DNA of 42,607 nucleotides, taken from the sequence record SRR9188676_970; one strand, 5' to 3'. The notes beneath the pieces were generated by a model. That model was given only the letters and a program-made list of their open reading frames with translations. It was not told the DNA's origin and did no database searches. Every line of letters begins with the position of its first letter. Position 1 is the stretch's first letter. Of the stretch, positions 8,891 to 18,516 are shown piece by piece. Position numbers and translations under genes: made by a program.

Positions 8891-9934
8891 CTATTTTGCA
8901 AAATCAGCCGCTAATTTATTTAACGTTTCATCAGAAGCTTTTCCAGAAGTAATCACGGTGCGATAACGGAAAGTAACCGATTGTTTTGGGGCTAAAGTAA
9001 AATTTAATTCTTTTTTATCCTTGCTGAAAACTTTTTCACCCAAAGGATTGGCGGCAAAAAGACCATAACCACGAGCATGCCAAAAAGTAGGATAATTTAC
9101 ATTTTTAGGATGGTCGATGATAGCGATAGAAATATCTTCATCTTTGATTTTTCCAGCTAAGTTTGTCCACTTTCCACGAGTACTCCAAACATTTTCACCT
9201 TCAATGCCTTCGCTACTTCTATAATTACCAGTAATCCCAGTATTGTCTAATTTATCAACTTTAGTTTCAATGCCACTTGCATCTACAAAAACATCAGGTT
9301 TATCTGATGGGTGTTCTAATTCACGAGCTACTCTGATGGCAAAGAAGCCATCTTTTACGTCTTTGAAAACTACTTCTTTATCTTGAGCCGTTAAAGTCGT
9401 AATTCTATCAATAATACGTTGGTCACCTTTTGAATGGAAAACATAAGTAGTTTTTTCTTTCAATAATAAATTGCCTTTCCCGTCATTATCAATCCAATCT
9501 GCCGTAACAGCTAAACTAGCTTTGCCATTTCCACCTTTACTTTCTACGATGCCAGTATGTTTAATTGTTCCATATTTAGAACGGTCTTTGATTGCTGTAG
9601 AGTTATTCCAAAAATCGAATCCATTTACAGATTCATAATTAAGCCACATTCCAACATGATGCGGGTGGTCAACTCTTTCACCAGCACGAGTAGCAAAAGG
9701 ATATCCACGTGTAATGGTCGTTCCTTTCGATGTGAGAATAGGAAATAATACTGGTTTTTTTAGAATAGCATCACTTGGATAGAAATAAGAAGTAAAAGGT
9801 TTGTTATCTACCAATACATCTACTTTGTTTTCAGCTTCTTTAACAACAAGTTTGATTTGGTCTTTTTTCTGTTGAGCCATTCCGAATTGATAGCCAAATA
9901 AAAGTGAACAAAGTAATAAAACGTTTTTTTTCAT
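8891..9934 (-). CDS. Secreted 'PmoA-family' (PF14100/DUF6807-like) protein
   Basis: Signal peptide; KPVLFPI, TRGYP, DHPHHVGMW, DHPKN, WHARGYGLFAANP. Confidence 0.75.
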   Translation of the reverse strand: MKKNVLLLCSLLFGYQFGMAQQKKDQIKLVVKEAENKVDVLVDNKPFTSYFYPSDAILKKPVLFPILTSKGTTITRGYPFATRAGERVDHPHHVGMWLNYESVNGFDFWNNSTAIKDRSKYGTIKHTGIVESKGGNGKASLAVTADWIDNDGKGNLLLKEKTTYVFHSKGDQRIIDRITTLTAQDKEVVFKDVKDGFFAIRVARELEHPSDKPDVFVDASGIETKVDKLDNTGITGNYRSSEGIEGENVWSTRGKWTNLAGKIKDEDISIAIIDHPKNVNYPTFWHARGYGLFAANPLGEKVFSKDKKELNFTLAPKQSVTFRYRTVITSGKASDETLNKLAADFAK

Positions 9935-10002
9935 GTGTATTTTGTTTGAGAGTTATTTCATTTAATTGTTTTATGCTATTCAAAGCAAAAAATGCTTTTT
10001 TT

Positions 10003-11268
10003 TTACTTGAAAGAGTCAAAACTTCGCTCTTTTCTGATGACCAAATTCAGCCAATACAATACTCCGACGAAAATAATAATTTCAAAAGCGTATTCTAAGG
10101 TGAAACGTATTTCAGCAAAATCTTTAAATTGAAGGAAAGGTTTGCCCGTTCTGAACCATAAAGAAGGTTGAAAAGAAGCGACAAATTGTATGAAAAAAGT
10201 AATGATTAAGAATTTTTTATCTTTAAAAAAATTAAAGCCGAAAAGTAAAGGCATTGCATAGATGAAAATATAATTGGCATAAGAACCAATTTGAATAATC
10301 ATCATCAAACCAAAAATTACTATCCAGATTTTTGGTACAAATTGCTGAATATTTAAATTCTTACTTAAATACGTTTGCCATAAAGCAAAAGAAAGAATGA
10401 CGAAAAGCCCAAGCCAATTCAGAAGTTTGATATTATTAGTAAGATTTAATGACCAAATAAAAGGATTAGCAATCGACCAGAAATTAGGTGCCATCGGTTC
10501 TTGAGCAAGGCGAATAGGCATCAAGAAAGAAGTACCACCATAGTAAAATAAAAAGATAAGTACTGGCAAACCAACGATGCAATTACCAATGATAAATTTT
10601 ATTTTATTATTGACTTTCAGAAATACCAAAGGAATAAATAAAACAAAAAAGGCTTTGGTGGTTAATAAACCTAAACCTGTGATGATGCCTAATATCAAAT
10701 CAGATTTTTTTCTTTGCCAACAATAAATCATCAAACAAGCGAAGCCCCACATCCAAATATCTTCTTGCCCACCAATAATACAAAAAACAAAAGGAGCTGG
10801 CAAGAGTAAGTAAATTAATGCTTTAAATAAATCAGAAGCTTGGTTTTTGGAAGAGAAAGTATTTAACGTAAGCCATAGAGTCAATAATTCTACTAAAACC
10901 ATTGTTAAAGTTACAGCTTCGGAAGTATCCCAAATATATAATAACAAAGCAGTAATATATGGAAAGAATGGAGAGTACAAGGATTCAAAATCTTTGTAAA
11001 CCAATTTGAATTTACTGGCTTCTTGTGCTGATTTCCAGAAAATATAAACATCAGATTGTGCCTTTAGATGAAGTACAATATAAATGATAACAAATGGAAT
11101 TATCCTAAACAAGACTGATATTAGCAGGAAAGATTTTAATTTTCCCAGATTACTAAAAAGTTGTTCTAGCGTTGTTCTGAATTTGAACGATAAGAAAGCA
11201 AGAAAGCAAAGTCCTGAGGCGATTAGTACTTTAAGGTAAACAATTCCATAAGTAGAGATGTCCATCAT
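10003..11268 (-). CDS. Polytopic membrane protein, probable GT-C fold glycosyltransferase (GT87-like)
   Basis: About 11-12 hydrophobic segments; acidic loop QSDVYIF, YxxF...Y-x-P, GQED motif, later TK. Confidence 0.55.
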   Translation of the reverse strand: MMDISTYGIVYLKVLIASGLCFLAFLSFKFRTTLEQLFSNLGKLKSFLLISVLFRIIPFVIIYIVLHLKAQSDVYIFWKSAQEASKFKLVYKDFESLYSPFFPYITALLLYIWDTSEAVTLTMVLVELLTLWLTLNTFSSKNQASDLFKALIYLLLPAPFVFCIIGGQEDIWMWGFACLMIYCWQRKKSDLILGIITGLGLLTTKAFFVLFIPLVFLKVNNKIKFIIGNCIVGLPVLIFLFYYGGTSFLMPIRLAQEPMAPNFWSIANPFIWSLNLTNNIKLLNWLGLFVILSFALWQTYLSKNLNIQQFVPKIWIVIFGLMMIIQIGSYANYIFIYAMPLLFGFNFFKDKKFLIITFFIQFVASFQPSLWFRTGKPFLQFKDFAEIRFTLEYAFEIIIFVGVLYWLNLVIRKERSFDSFK

Positions 11269-11387
11269 ATTTTAAATATTATTATTTATACCGATAGGGT
11301 TTCTTTTTAGGTTTTTGATTTATTTGAAGGAAATCAAAGATAATGGGTAAGGAAAGATTTTAAATAAATTACTTGTTTAAGCATAGA

Positions 11388-11395
11388 CAAATTTA
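11388..11395 (-). promoter_or_regulatory. -7 promoter element for the GT-C gene
   Basis: TAAATTTG on the minus strand, about 120 nt upstream. Confidence 0.45.
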
Positions 11396-11699
11396 GGGCT
11401 GTTTTATTTAAAAATTGAATTTTAATAAGTTTCAAGTAATAAAAATACATTGACTGCTTTTATTGGAAGACTAAATAAAATAAATAAACATTGAAAAATG
11501 AAGACAAAATTATATTTTTTCAAGATAGCTTTTGAAAGCAAGTGTTTAGCCTTATTTTTGAATTCTAAATTGGTTGTGTAGTTGTTTTTATTAGTTTTTA
11601 GTTGTTGATTTACCCAAATTTTATCAGAGTTAATCACAATTTGGCAAATAGCTATTTAACCATTTACCAAAAACAGTAAATTTTCCTATAATAATAAAA

Positions 11700-13370
11700 A
11701 TGGCAGAAATCATAACCATGCCCAAAATGAGCGACACCATGACAGAAGGTGTTGTTGCAGAATGGCTCAAAAAAGTTGGTGACCCTTTAAAGACTGGTGA
11801 CGGCTTGATTGCAGAAATCGAAACAGATAAAGCGACTATGGAGCTTGATTTGGACGAAAGAATGGATTTGAGCAATTTCAAAGATTGCCGAATTTTATAC
11901 ATTGGTTTAGAGAAAGGTAAGGCCGTACCAGTAGATAGCATTATCGCTATTATCGGTGAAAACGGTGAAGCTTACGAGCATCTTTTGACTGGCGGTACTC
12001 CTGCCAAAGCGGATGTTCCTGCTACTCCAGAAGCACCAGTGGCAGTGGCTGAAACAGCTGCTCCAGCTGTAGATACTTCTAATATTAAAGCAGAAGTAAT
12101 TGGAATGCCTAAGATGTCGGACACGATGATGGAAGGTACTTTGGTTACTTGGTTAAAGAAAGTTGGTGACTCAATCAAAGCGGGAGATGCTCTTTTGGCT
12201 GAAGTTGAAACCGATAAAGCTACAATGGAATTTGATTTAGATAATTTCATTGATGTTACTAAATACAATCCTTGTACTTTATTGTACATTGGTATTGAAG
12301 AAGGTAAAACAGTAAATGTAGATGATGTTATTGCAGTAATCGGAGAACCTGGTGCTGATTTCCAAGCTTTATTAAGTGGTGGAAAAACAGCTTCTGCTCC
12401 AGCAGCGGCGGCTCCTGTTGCTTCAGCAACGCCTGCACCAGCAGCAAAAGCGGAAGAAGCTGTAGTTGTATCTGATGCAGATGGAAGAGTAAAAGCTTCT
12501 CCATTAGCAAAAGCTTTAGCGAAAGATAAAGGTATTAATATTGCACAAGTAAAAGGAACTGGTGAAAACGGTAGAGTAGTTAAAGCTGATGTTGATAGCT
12601 TTGTTCCAGCTGCGGCTGCTCCGAAAGCAGAAGCACCAGCAAAAGCTGCTGCGGCTAAACCAGCTTTTGTTCCAGTAGTTACTGGCGAAGAAAGTTATGA
12701 AGAATTCCCAGTGAATCAGATGCGTAAAACGATTGCACGTCGTTTGGCAGAATCTAAATTCTCTGCGCCAGAATTCTATTTAACCATGGAAATCAACATG
12801 GATAAAGCAATGGCTGCAAGAGTATCAATGAATGAAATTTCACCAGTAAAAATTTCATTTAACGATATGGTAATCAAAGCTGCTGCTGCTGCCTTGACTA
12901 AACATCCAAAAGTGAATTCTTATTGGTTAGGAGATAAAATCAGAATCAACCATCACGTACATATTGGTATGGCTGTGGCTGTTGAAGATGGTTTATTAGT
13001 TCCAGTAATTCGTTTTGCTAACACTAAATCACTTTCTCAGATTTCTGCTGAAGCGAAAGATTTAGGTGGAAAAGCTAAAAATAAACAATTACAACCTAAG
13101 GATTGGGAAGGAAATACTTTCACGGTAAGTAATTTGGGTATGTTTGGAATCGACGAGTTTACTTCTATCATTAATCAACCAGAATCTTGTATTTTGGCAG
13201 TTGGTGGTATCAAGGAAACTGTTGGTGTGAAAAACGGACAATTCTATGCTACTAACGTAATGAAAGTAACACTTACTTGCGACCACCGTACAGTTGATGG
13301 TGCAACAGGAGCTGCTTTCTTACAGACTTTCAAACAATTATTGGAAGATCCATACAAATTGTTAGTCTAG
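11700..13370 (+). CDS. pdhC: Pyruvate dehydrogenase E2, dihydrolipoamide acetyltransferase with two lipoyl domains
   Basis: Two ETDKATME lipoyl motifs, Ala/Pro linkers, E3-binding ASPLAK...GTGENGRV, catalytic DHRTVDG. Confidence 0.95.
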   Translation: MAEIITMPKMSDTMTEGVVAEWLKKVGDPLKTGDGLIAEIETDKATMELDLDERMDLSNFKDCRILYIGLEKGKAVPVDSIIAIIGENGEAYEHLLTGGTPAKADVPATPEAPVAVAETAAPAVDTSNIKAEVIGMPKMSDTMMEGTLVTWLKKVGDSIKAGDALLAEVETDKATMEFDLDNFIDVTKYNPCTLLYIGIEEGKTVNVDDVIAVIGEPGADFQALLSGGKTASAPAAAAPVASATPAPAAKAEEAVVVSDADGRVKASPLAKALAKDKGINIAQVKGTGENGRVVKADVDSFVPAAAAPKAEAPAKAAAAKPAFVPVVTGEESYEEFPVNQMRKTIARRLAESKFSAPEFYLTMEINMDKAMAARVSMNEISPVKISFNDMVIKAAAAALTKHPKVNSYWLGDKIRINHHVHIGMAVAVEDGLLVPVIRFANTKSLSQISAEAKDLGGKAKNKQLQPKDWEGNTFTVSNLGMFGIDEFTSIINQPESCILAVGGIKETVGVKNGQFYATNVMKVTLTCDHRTVDGATGAAFLQTFKQLLEDPYKLLV

Positions 13371-13395
13371 TCTTTGAATACAATATAGTATAGTA

Positions 13396-13435
13396 AAAGC
13401 GGGTGAAGATTTATTTCTTCACCCGCTTTGTTTTT
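13396..13435 (+). terminator. Intrinsic terminator of pdhC (probably bidirectional)
   Basis: aaagcgggtgaaga / tcttcacccgcttt followed by gttttt. Confidence 0.85.
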
Positions 13436-13446
13436 ATGAGATTCTG

Positions 13447-15204
13447 TTACTTAAAATTCAGGAAAGTATAAAAATAATCTTTATCAGCTTTGGGAATTTG
13501 TTTTAATGCTGTGTTTTTATAAGTAGGATTGGTTGTTTCCCAAGCGTCTGGAGTGATGTGTATTTCTTGATAAACACCATCTACATTGGCTCTGAGCCAT
13601 ACTTCAGTTGGTTCGACACCTTCGGTTCTCCAACACATAGCCTCTAGTTTTTTCTTTCCTACTTTTGTACGGCAAGGTAGAATATTTGGTGAATTTGCCC
13701 ATTCTACAGCCTTATGTTTAACCCAATGAACATGGTCGTAACTTTGTTCGGTTTCCCAATATTGAGGAACCATGTCAAGATAAGCATCAGCACCACCATT
13801 TGTCATTAACATTTTTATTCCTGCAAAAAAACCAATGTAAGTATCATGTACTTTATTATCAATAAATGAATTTTTATCCCATTGATGTAAATCAACATTA
13901 TTCATGTAATTGATTGTAACAATATCAAAAGCATAGTGTCTTCCTGCCATTCTGCCTCTATGTCCCATTACTGCATCTGGAACAATATTCCCATTAGCTA
14001 ATTTTACATAAGGATTTAAGCCTATTGGACCTTTATCAGCAATCACTTTGGTTAACATCTTATTTCGGCGGTTATTGAGTTTGTACCTGCAATACCATGA
14101 TTGCCATTCTAGTAAAGTACCTGCTCTGGCTAAGAAATGCTCAGTATTTCTCGTTATTCCGTATTTATTAATAATGATGCTATTTCCATTGCCTAAATCA
14201 AAATTTTCACCCTGTCTTGAAAATTCATTCGAATAAAACGAAACTTCGTTACTTGGAATAATATTGGAGTAATCAATCGGTCTTTTATTGACAACTCCCT
14301 TTGAAGGAATTGAAATAGGAGGGGTGGATGCTTGCCAATCTTCAGAGAATTTAGCTTTTCTACTGGTATAATTGCCCTCACTATCTGGATAATAGAACAT
14401 TGTATTTTCGCCAGTATCTCTATCATGGATATACCCTAAAGTATTTATTGGACCACCATAATCTGAAGAAATATCGCCTGTAGTATTTTCAGCCATGCCG
14501 ATAAGTAATGCTCTGTGAAGTTCATCACCATAATCGGCTGTTCCATCTTCTACATCAATCGCCACCAATCCTCTGTGTGATTTTCCTTTGATATTATCTC
14601 CCCAACCCATCGTAGCATCCAAAACAGTAGAACGTCCAAAATCATAAGCTCCTTCTATACCGATACTAGACAACTTTTGTCCACCAGCTAAGTTTCCCTC
14701 AAAAAATCTATGCTGATATGGAATTGTACTAATAAACTCTTGATAACTTTTACCAACTACTGGGTCGATATCGTTTTGCCAAGCTGTTCCATGTGCAATA
14801 TCATATGGCAAAATATAATCTACTCCTCTTTTGCCGTAACCGCTATAAAAGTCAGGATTTACATTTGCATTGCCCATTAAACCAACCTCCCAAGGATTAA
14901 TGTGATTATCCGTAAAAGGCTTTCCCCAAAAATTCCACCATACAGCCCATTTCGGTCTGATATAACCTTGGGCATTTGTATAGCTAGGTATTTTAAAAGT
15001 ACCAATTAGGTTCAATGGAAGTTCATTTACTTTTGTTTGGATGGCGATTTCCTTTGCTACATTACTAATTGATAAAGGAGTATTAATGATTGTTTTTGTA
15101 GGAAGTGCTAGTGTTTTTTTTGAAACATCATTAATCTTTTTATCCGATTGTTGTGCGCATGAAACAAAAGAAATGAGAAAGAATAGCGAGAATGTTTTTT
15201 TCAT
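13447..15204 (-). CDS. Hypothetical lipoprotein (~585 aa), possible TIM-barrel glycoside hydrolase-like
   Basis: Long ORF; MKKTFSLFFLISFVS-C lipoprotein signal from ATG 15204; aromatic-rich, with WAVWWN and GLVAIDVE. Confidence 0.7.
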   Translation of the reverse strand: MKKTFSLFFLISFVSCAQQSDKKINDVSKKTLALPTKTIINTPLSISNVAKEIAIQTKVNELPLNLIGTFKIPSYTNAQGYIRPKWAVWWNFWGKPFTDNHINPWEVGLMGNANVNPDFYSGYGKRGVDYILPYDIAHGTAWQNDIDPVVGKSYQEFISTIPYQHRFFEGNLAGGQKLSSIGIEGAYDFGRSTVLDATMGWGDNIKGKSHRGLVAIDVEDGTADYGDELHRALLIGMAENTTGDISSDYGGPINTLGYIHDRDTGENTMFYYPDSEGNYTSRKAKFSEDWQASTPPISIPSKGVVNKRPIDYSNIIPSNEVSFYSNEFSRQGENFDLGNGNSIIINKYGITRNTEHFLARAGTLLEWQSWYCRYKLNNRRNKMLTKVIADKGPIGLNPYVKLANGNIVPDAVMGHRGRMAGRHYAFDIVTINYMNNVDLHQWDKNSFIDNKVHDTYIGFFAGIKMLMTNGGADAYLDMVPQYWETEQSYDHVHWVKHKAVEWANSPNILPCRTKVGKKKLEAMCWRTEGVEPTEVWLRANVDGVYQEIHITPDAWETTNPTYKNTALKQIPKADKDYFYTFLNFK

Positions 15205-15388
15205 TTTTAAAGGAATTAGATTCAATTCATCACATAAATATTGAATGTCATTACAATGTAAGCTTAAATTTTACTGATAACGAACAAGAAGACAAACTAG
15301 CGCATTTTTATTAAATATTAGAAACTGATTTTCTAGAAATAAGATTTTTAAGAGAGAAAAATGACCGAAGGATTTGAAAACTGTAGTA

Positions 15389-15431
15389 AAAATAAAACGA
15401 CACTTTCAGGATGAAAGTGTCGTTTTATTTT
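15389..15431 (-). terminator. Terminator downstream of tRNA-Glu
   Basis: 20-bp perfect inverted repeat aaaataaaacgacactttca / tgaaagtgtcgttttatttt. Confidence 0.85.
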
Positions 15432-15447
15432 GCTGAAATAGCTCTTG

Positions 15448-15519
15448 TAGTCCGTACGGGAATCGAACCCGTGTTTCATCCGTGAAAGGGACGTGTCCTA
15501 ACCCCTAGACGAACGGACC
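15448..15519 (-). tRNA. tRNA-Glu (anticodon TTC), CCA not encoded
   Basis: Minus strand GGTCCGTTCGTCTAGGGGTTAGGACACGTCC-CTTTCAC-GGATGAAACACGGGTTCGATTCCCGTACGGACTA folds as a cloverleaf with a GGTTCGA T-arm. Confidence 0.97.
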
Positions 15520-15571
15520 ATTGGGTTAAAACTTTTTCGATATTTGGTATCGCTGTTCGTTTTTCGTGGTG

Positions 15572-15602
15572 CAAAGGTAGAGAGAATATTTAGAATACAC
15601 AA
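15572..15602 (-). promoter_or_regulatory. tRNA promoter (-33 TTG, -7 TACCTTTG)
   Basis: TACCTTTG at 15579-15572, with TTG 20 nt upstream. Confidence 0.7.
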
Positions 15603-15789
15603 CCACAAAATGAAAAAAAAGCAAACAAATTGTTAAAGTTGTTGATAATCAAAACATTGTAGGGTGTTTTTTTTGAAAAATATTTTTTATGATAATGAAA
15701 CCAATATTCTACTTTTTTTAAATATAAATATATTCTAAATTTAAACTCAGAAAATACCATTTTTATAAATCAAAATTCCTTCCTAAATA

Positions 15790-17373
15790 ATGATTCAGTC
15801 AAAAATAAACTCACTAAATTCAAAGATTGCTTGGGAAAAAATCCGTGCAGACACAGAGCTTTTCGACAATTTTGAAAAAAATGTTTTACCGGCTTACATG
15901 AATACTTGTAGATGGTTTGCTGGAAAAGCCAGAATCCAAAAGGCTTTTAAAGTAACAACAGCTTTGGAAATTCCAATTGAAGAATCAATGGCATTATTGA
16001 TGATTGTTACTGTTTCTTATGAAGATGGTGAGATTGAAAATTATTTATTACCTGTTTCATTTATTGATGCTAGCCATAATAAAGATATTGCTCCAAAAGG
16101 AATCATTACTTTGGCATATATCAATAATAAAAGAGGAATTATTGTGGATGCGATTTATGATGAACGTTTTCAACAAGCTATTTTTTATCATTTAGCACAT
16201 GCAGAAAATATTGGACAAGCTAAAGGGAAAATAGATTTTACTCGTGGCAAGGGTTTTTTAGGAGAAGATATCAATGCACCGATTTCTTCAAGGGTTTTGC
16301 CAGTTGATTCTTCAAATTCTGCGATTGTTTTTGGCGATAAATATTTTTTGAAGCTTTACAGGAAATTGTTTACAGAAACCAATCCTGAAGTAGATATGGT
16401 TGAATTCATTACTGAACATTCCAATTTTGCTTTTATTCCTGCTTTTGCAGGGAGTTTGGTATGGAAAGAAGACCATAAGCCAGATATTACGCTTGGTATG
16501 ATGCAGAGAATGGTAGAAAACCAAGCAGATAGTTGGGTACAAACGGGCGAACAATTGGAAGATTTTGTTGAAGCTTTTATGGCAAAATCATTTTCAATTA
16601 AGGAAGAAGTATTTCAACAAGTAGAATTACTGGCGCAACGAACCGCTGAAATGCACTTGGCTTTGTACAATTCTGATGCAGAGAAAATGTTTGTTCCTGT
16701 AAATTTTGATGATATTTATCGCAAGTTTTTGCACGATAGATTAACCAGCCTTTTAGATAAAAGATATAATTTACTCATTGATAATTATACAAAAATCACA
16801 GATGCCGTGACCCGAAAATTAGCTTGGGATTTTATGGAAGCCAGAGAATTGATTGATGAATTTGCAGATGGAATTTTAACCAAACCAATTCTTTCTCAAA
16901 GAATCAGAATTCATGGAGATTATCATTTGGGACAAGTATTAGCCACACAAAACGATTATATAATTATTGATTTTGAAGGAGAGCCAGAAAGCTCTATTAC
17001 CGACAGGAAAATTAAACATTCTCCTTTAAAAGATGTAGCTGGAATGATTAGGAGCTATCATTATGCTATTTCAGCAAAAATGTTGAATGATGCTATTGCA
17101 TTAAAATTTGAACCTCATCGAGTACAAACGGTAGCAGACCGCTGGTATAAATTGATTCAGCAAACTTTTATGGATAAGTATTTGGATACTTTTGGGCATC
17201 CGCACCCATTGTTCAAGAATAATAATGAAATAAATTTTTTGATGTTGATTTACTTATTAGAAAAAGCCGTTTACGAATTGGGCTATGAAATTAATTATAG
17301 ACCCGATTGGGTTAAAATACCATTGAAAGGAATTGTGAATGTGATTCGTGAAATTGAGAAATTAAAAATGTAA
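15790..17373 (+). CDS. Maltokinase (Pep2/Mak type, stand-alone)
   Basis: RWFAGKAR N-cap, SSNSAIVF, FLKLYRK, NPEVDM, RIHGDYHLGQV, DFEGEP, DVAGMIRSY, EKAVYELGYE. Confidence 0.88.
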   Translation: MIQSKINSLNSKIAWEKIRADTELFDNFEKNVLPAYMNTCRWFAGKARIQKAFKVTTALEIPIEESMALLMIVTVSYEDGEIENYLLPVSFIDASHNKDIAPKGIITLAYINNKRGIIVDAIYDERFQQAIFYHLAHAENIGQAKGKIDFTRGKGFLGEDINAPISSRVLPVDSSNSAIVFGDKYFLKLYRKLFTETNPEVDMVEFITEHSNFAFIPAFAGSLVWKEDHKPDITLGMMQRMVENQADSWVQTGEQLEDFVEAFMAKSFSIKEEVFQQVELLAQRTAEMHLALYNSDAEKMFVPVNFDDIYRKFLHDRLTSLLDKRYNLLIDNYTKITDAVTRKLAWDFMEARELIDEFADGILTKPILSQRIRIHGDYHLGQVLATQNDYIIIDFEGEPESSITDRKIKHSPLKDVAGMIRSYHYAISAKMLNDAIALKFEPHRVQTVADRWYKLIQQTFMDKYLDTFGHPHPLFKNNNEINFLMLIYLLEKAVYELGYEINYRPDWVKIPLKGIVNVIREIEKLKM

Positions 17374-17386
17374 GATATTTAATTGG

Positions 17387-17422
17387 AAAAAACCTAAGCC
17401 TCAAACAAGCTTAGGTTTTTTT
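17387..17422 (+). terminator. Intrinsic terminator of maltokinase
   Basis: aaaaaacctaagc / gcttaggttttttt. Confidence 0.8.
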
Positions 17423-17662
17423 ATGTGTTTTTGAAGACAAAGTACTTTGACTTTTGTTTCATAATTCCTTTAAACAAGGCTTGTAATTGGTGTTTTTTAA
17501 AATGTATTAAGTAAAAAAAAGATTAGATATGTAAGTTTTTTTGTTTTTTGACCACGAACAGATTAATATTGTCCACAAAATTTGCTTCTTCAGAAGATTA
17601 AGCAAATTTCTTTCTCCAATTAAACTTAGCACTTTTTAGAAAGAAAACTAAGATTTTTATAA

Positions 17663-18490
17663 ATGACAAAGTCGCAGCTTTTTGAGCAAATTTTACAAAA
17701 ACAATCATATCTATGTATTGGTTTAGATACTGATATTCAGAAGATTCCCCGACATTTACTTCAAACAAAAGACCCAATTTTTGAGTTTAACAAACAAATT
17801 ATTGATGCTACTCATCAATATGCGGTTTCATATAAACCCAATATCGCTTTCTATGAGGCTTTTGGTGCTAAAGGCTGGGAAAGTCTTCAAAAAACATTAG
17901 AATACATTCCAAAAGAATGCTTTACTATTGCTGATGCAAAAAGAGGTGACATTGGAAATACTTCAGGTTTATATGCTAGAGCATTTTTTGATGAACAATC
18001 ATCAGGATTAAACTTTGATTCTGTTACTGTGGCACCATACATGGGCGAAGACTCTGTAAAACCTTTTCTTGAATTCGCTGATAAATGGGTTATCTTGCTA
18101 GCACTTACGTCAAATGCTGGGAGTAAAGACTTTCAAACACTTTCATTAACCAATGAAAAACAACTTTTTGAGGAAGTTCTTACAAAATCTCAGGAGTGGG
18201 GCAGTTCAGAACAATTAATGTATGTAGTGGGTGCTACTAAAGCAGCAATGTTACAGAAAATTAGGAGTATTGTTCCTGAACACTTTTTATTAGTACCGGG
18301 TGTTGGAGCACAAGGAGGAAGTTTAGAAGAAGTATCTAAATTTGGGATGAATAAACAATGCGGTTTATTAGTTAACTCATCAAGAGCAATTATTTATGCC
18401 TCATCTGGTGAAGATTTTGCTGAAAAGGCAGCTCAAGAAGCGAAAAAAGTACAAACAGAAATGCAAACGTATTTGGCTACTTATTTATAA
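17663..18490 (+). CDS. pyrF: Orotidine-5'-phosphate decarboxylase
   Basis: [49 protein letters not shown]. Confidence 0.96.
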   Translation: MTKSQLFEQILQKQSYLCIGLDTDIQKIPRHLLQTKDPIFEFNKQIIDATHQYAVSYKPNIAFYEAFGAKGWESLQKTLEYIPKECFTIADAKRGDIGNTSGLYARAFFDEQSSGLNFDSVTVAPYMGEDSVKPFLEFADKWVILLALTSNAGSKDFQTLSLTNEKQLFEEVLTKSQEWGSSEQLMYVVGATKAAMLQKIRSIVPEHFLLVPGVGAQGGSLEEVSKFGMNKQCGLLVNSSRAIIYASSGEDFAEKAAQEAKKVQTEMQTYLATYL

Positions 18491-18516
18491 AAAAATTGGA
18501 CTTTAAACCCATCAAT

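Noticed and set aside
8891-9934. Methane monooxygenase suggested by the 'PmoA' family name
   Set aside because: Soluble secreted protein without the TM helices of true PmoA; no pmoB or pmoC
11422-11637. 71-aa ORF upstream of pdhC
   Set aside because: Non-ATG start, low-complexity N/K/F/L composition typical of AT-rich promoter DNA
13371-15519. tRNA-Glu-anchored genomic island carrying the lipoprotein gene
   Set aside because: No integrase and no duplicate of the tRNA 3' end seen at the far junction
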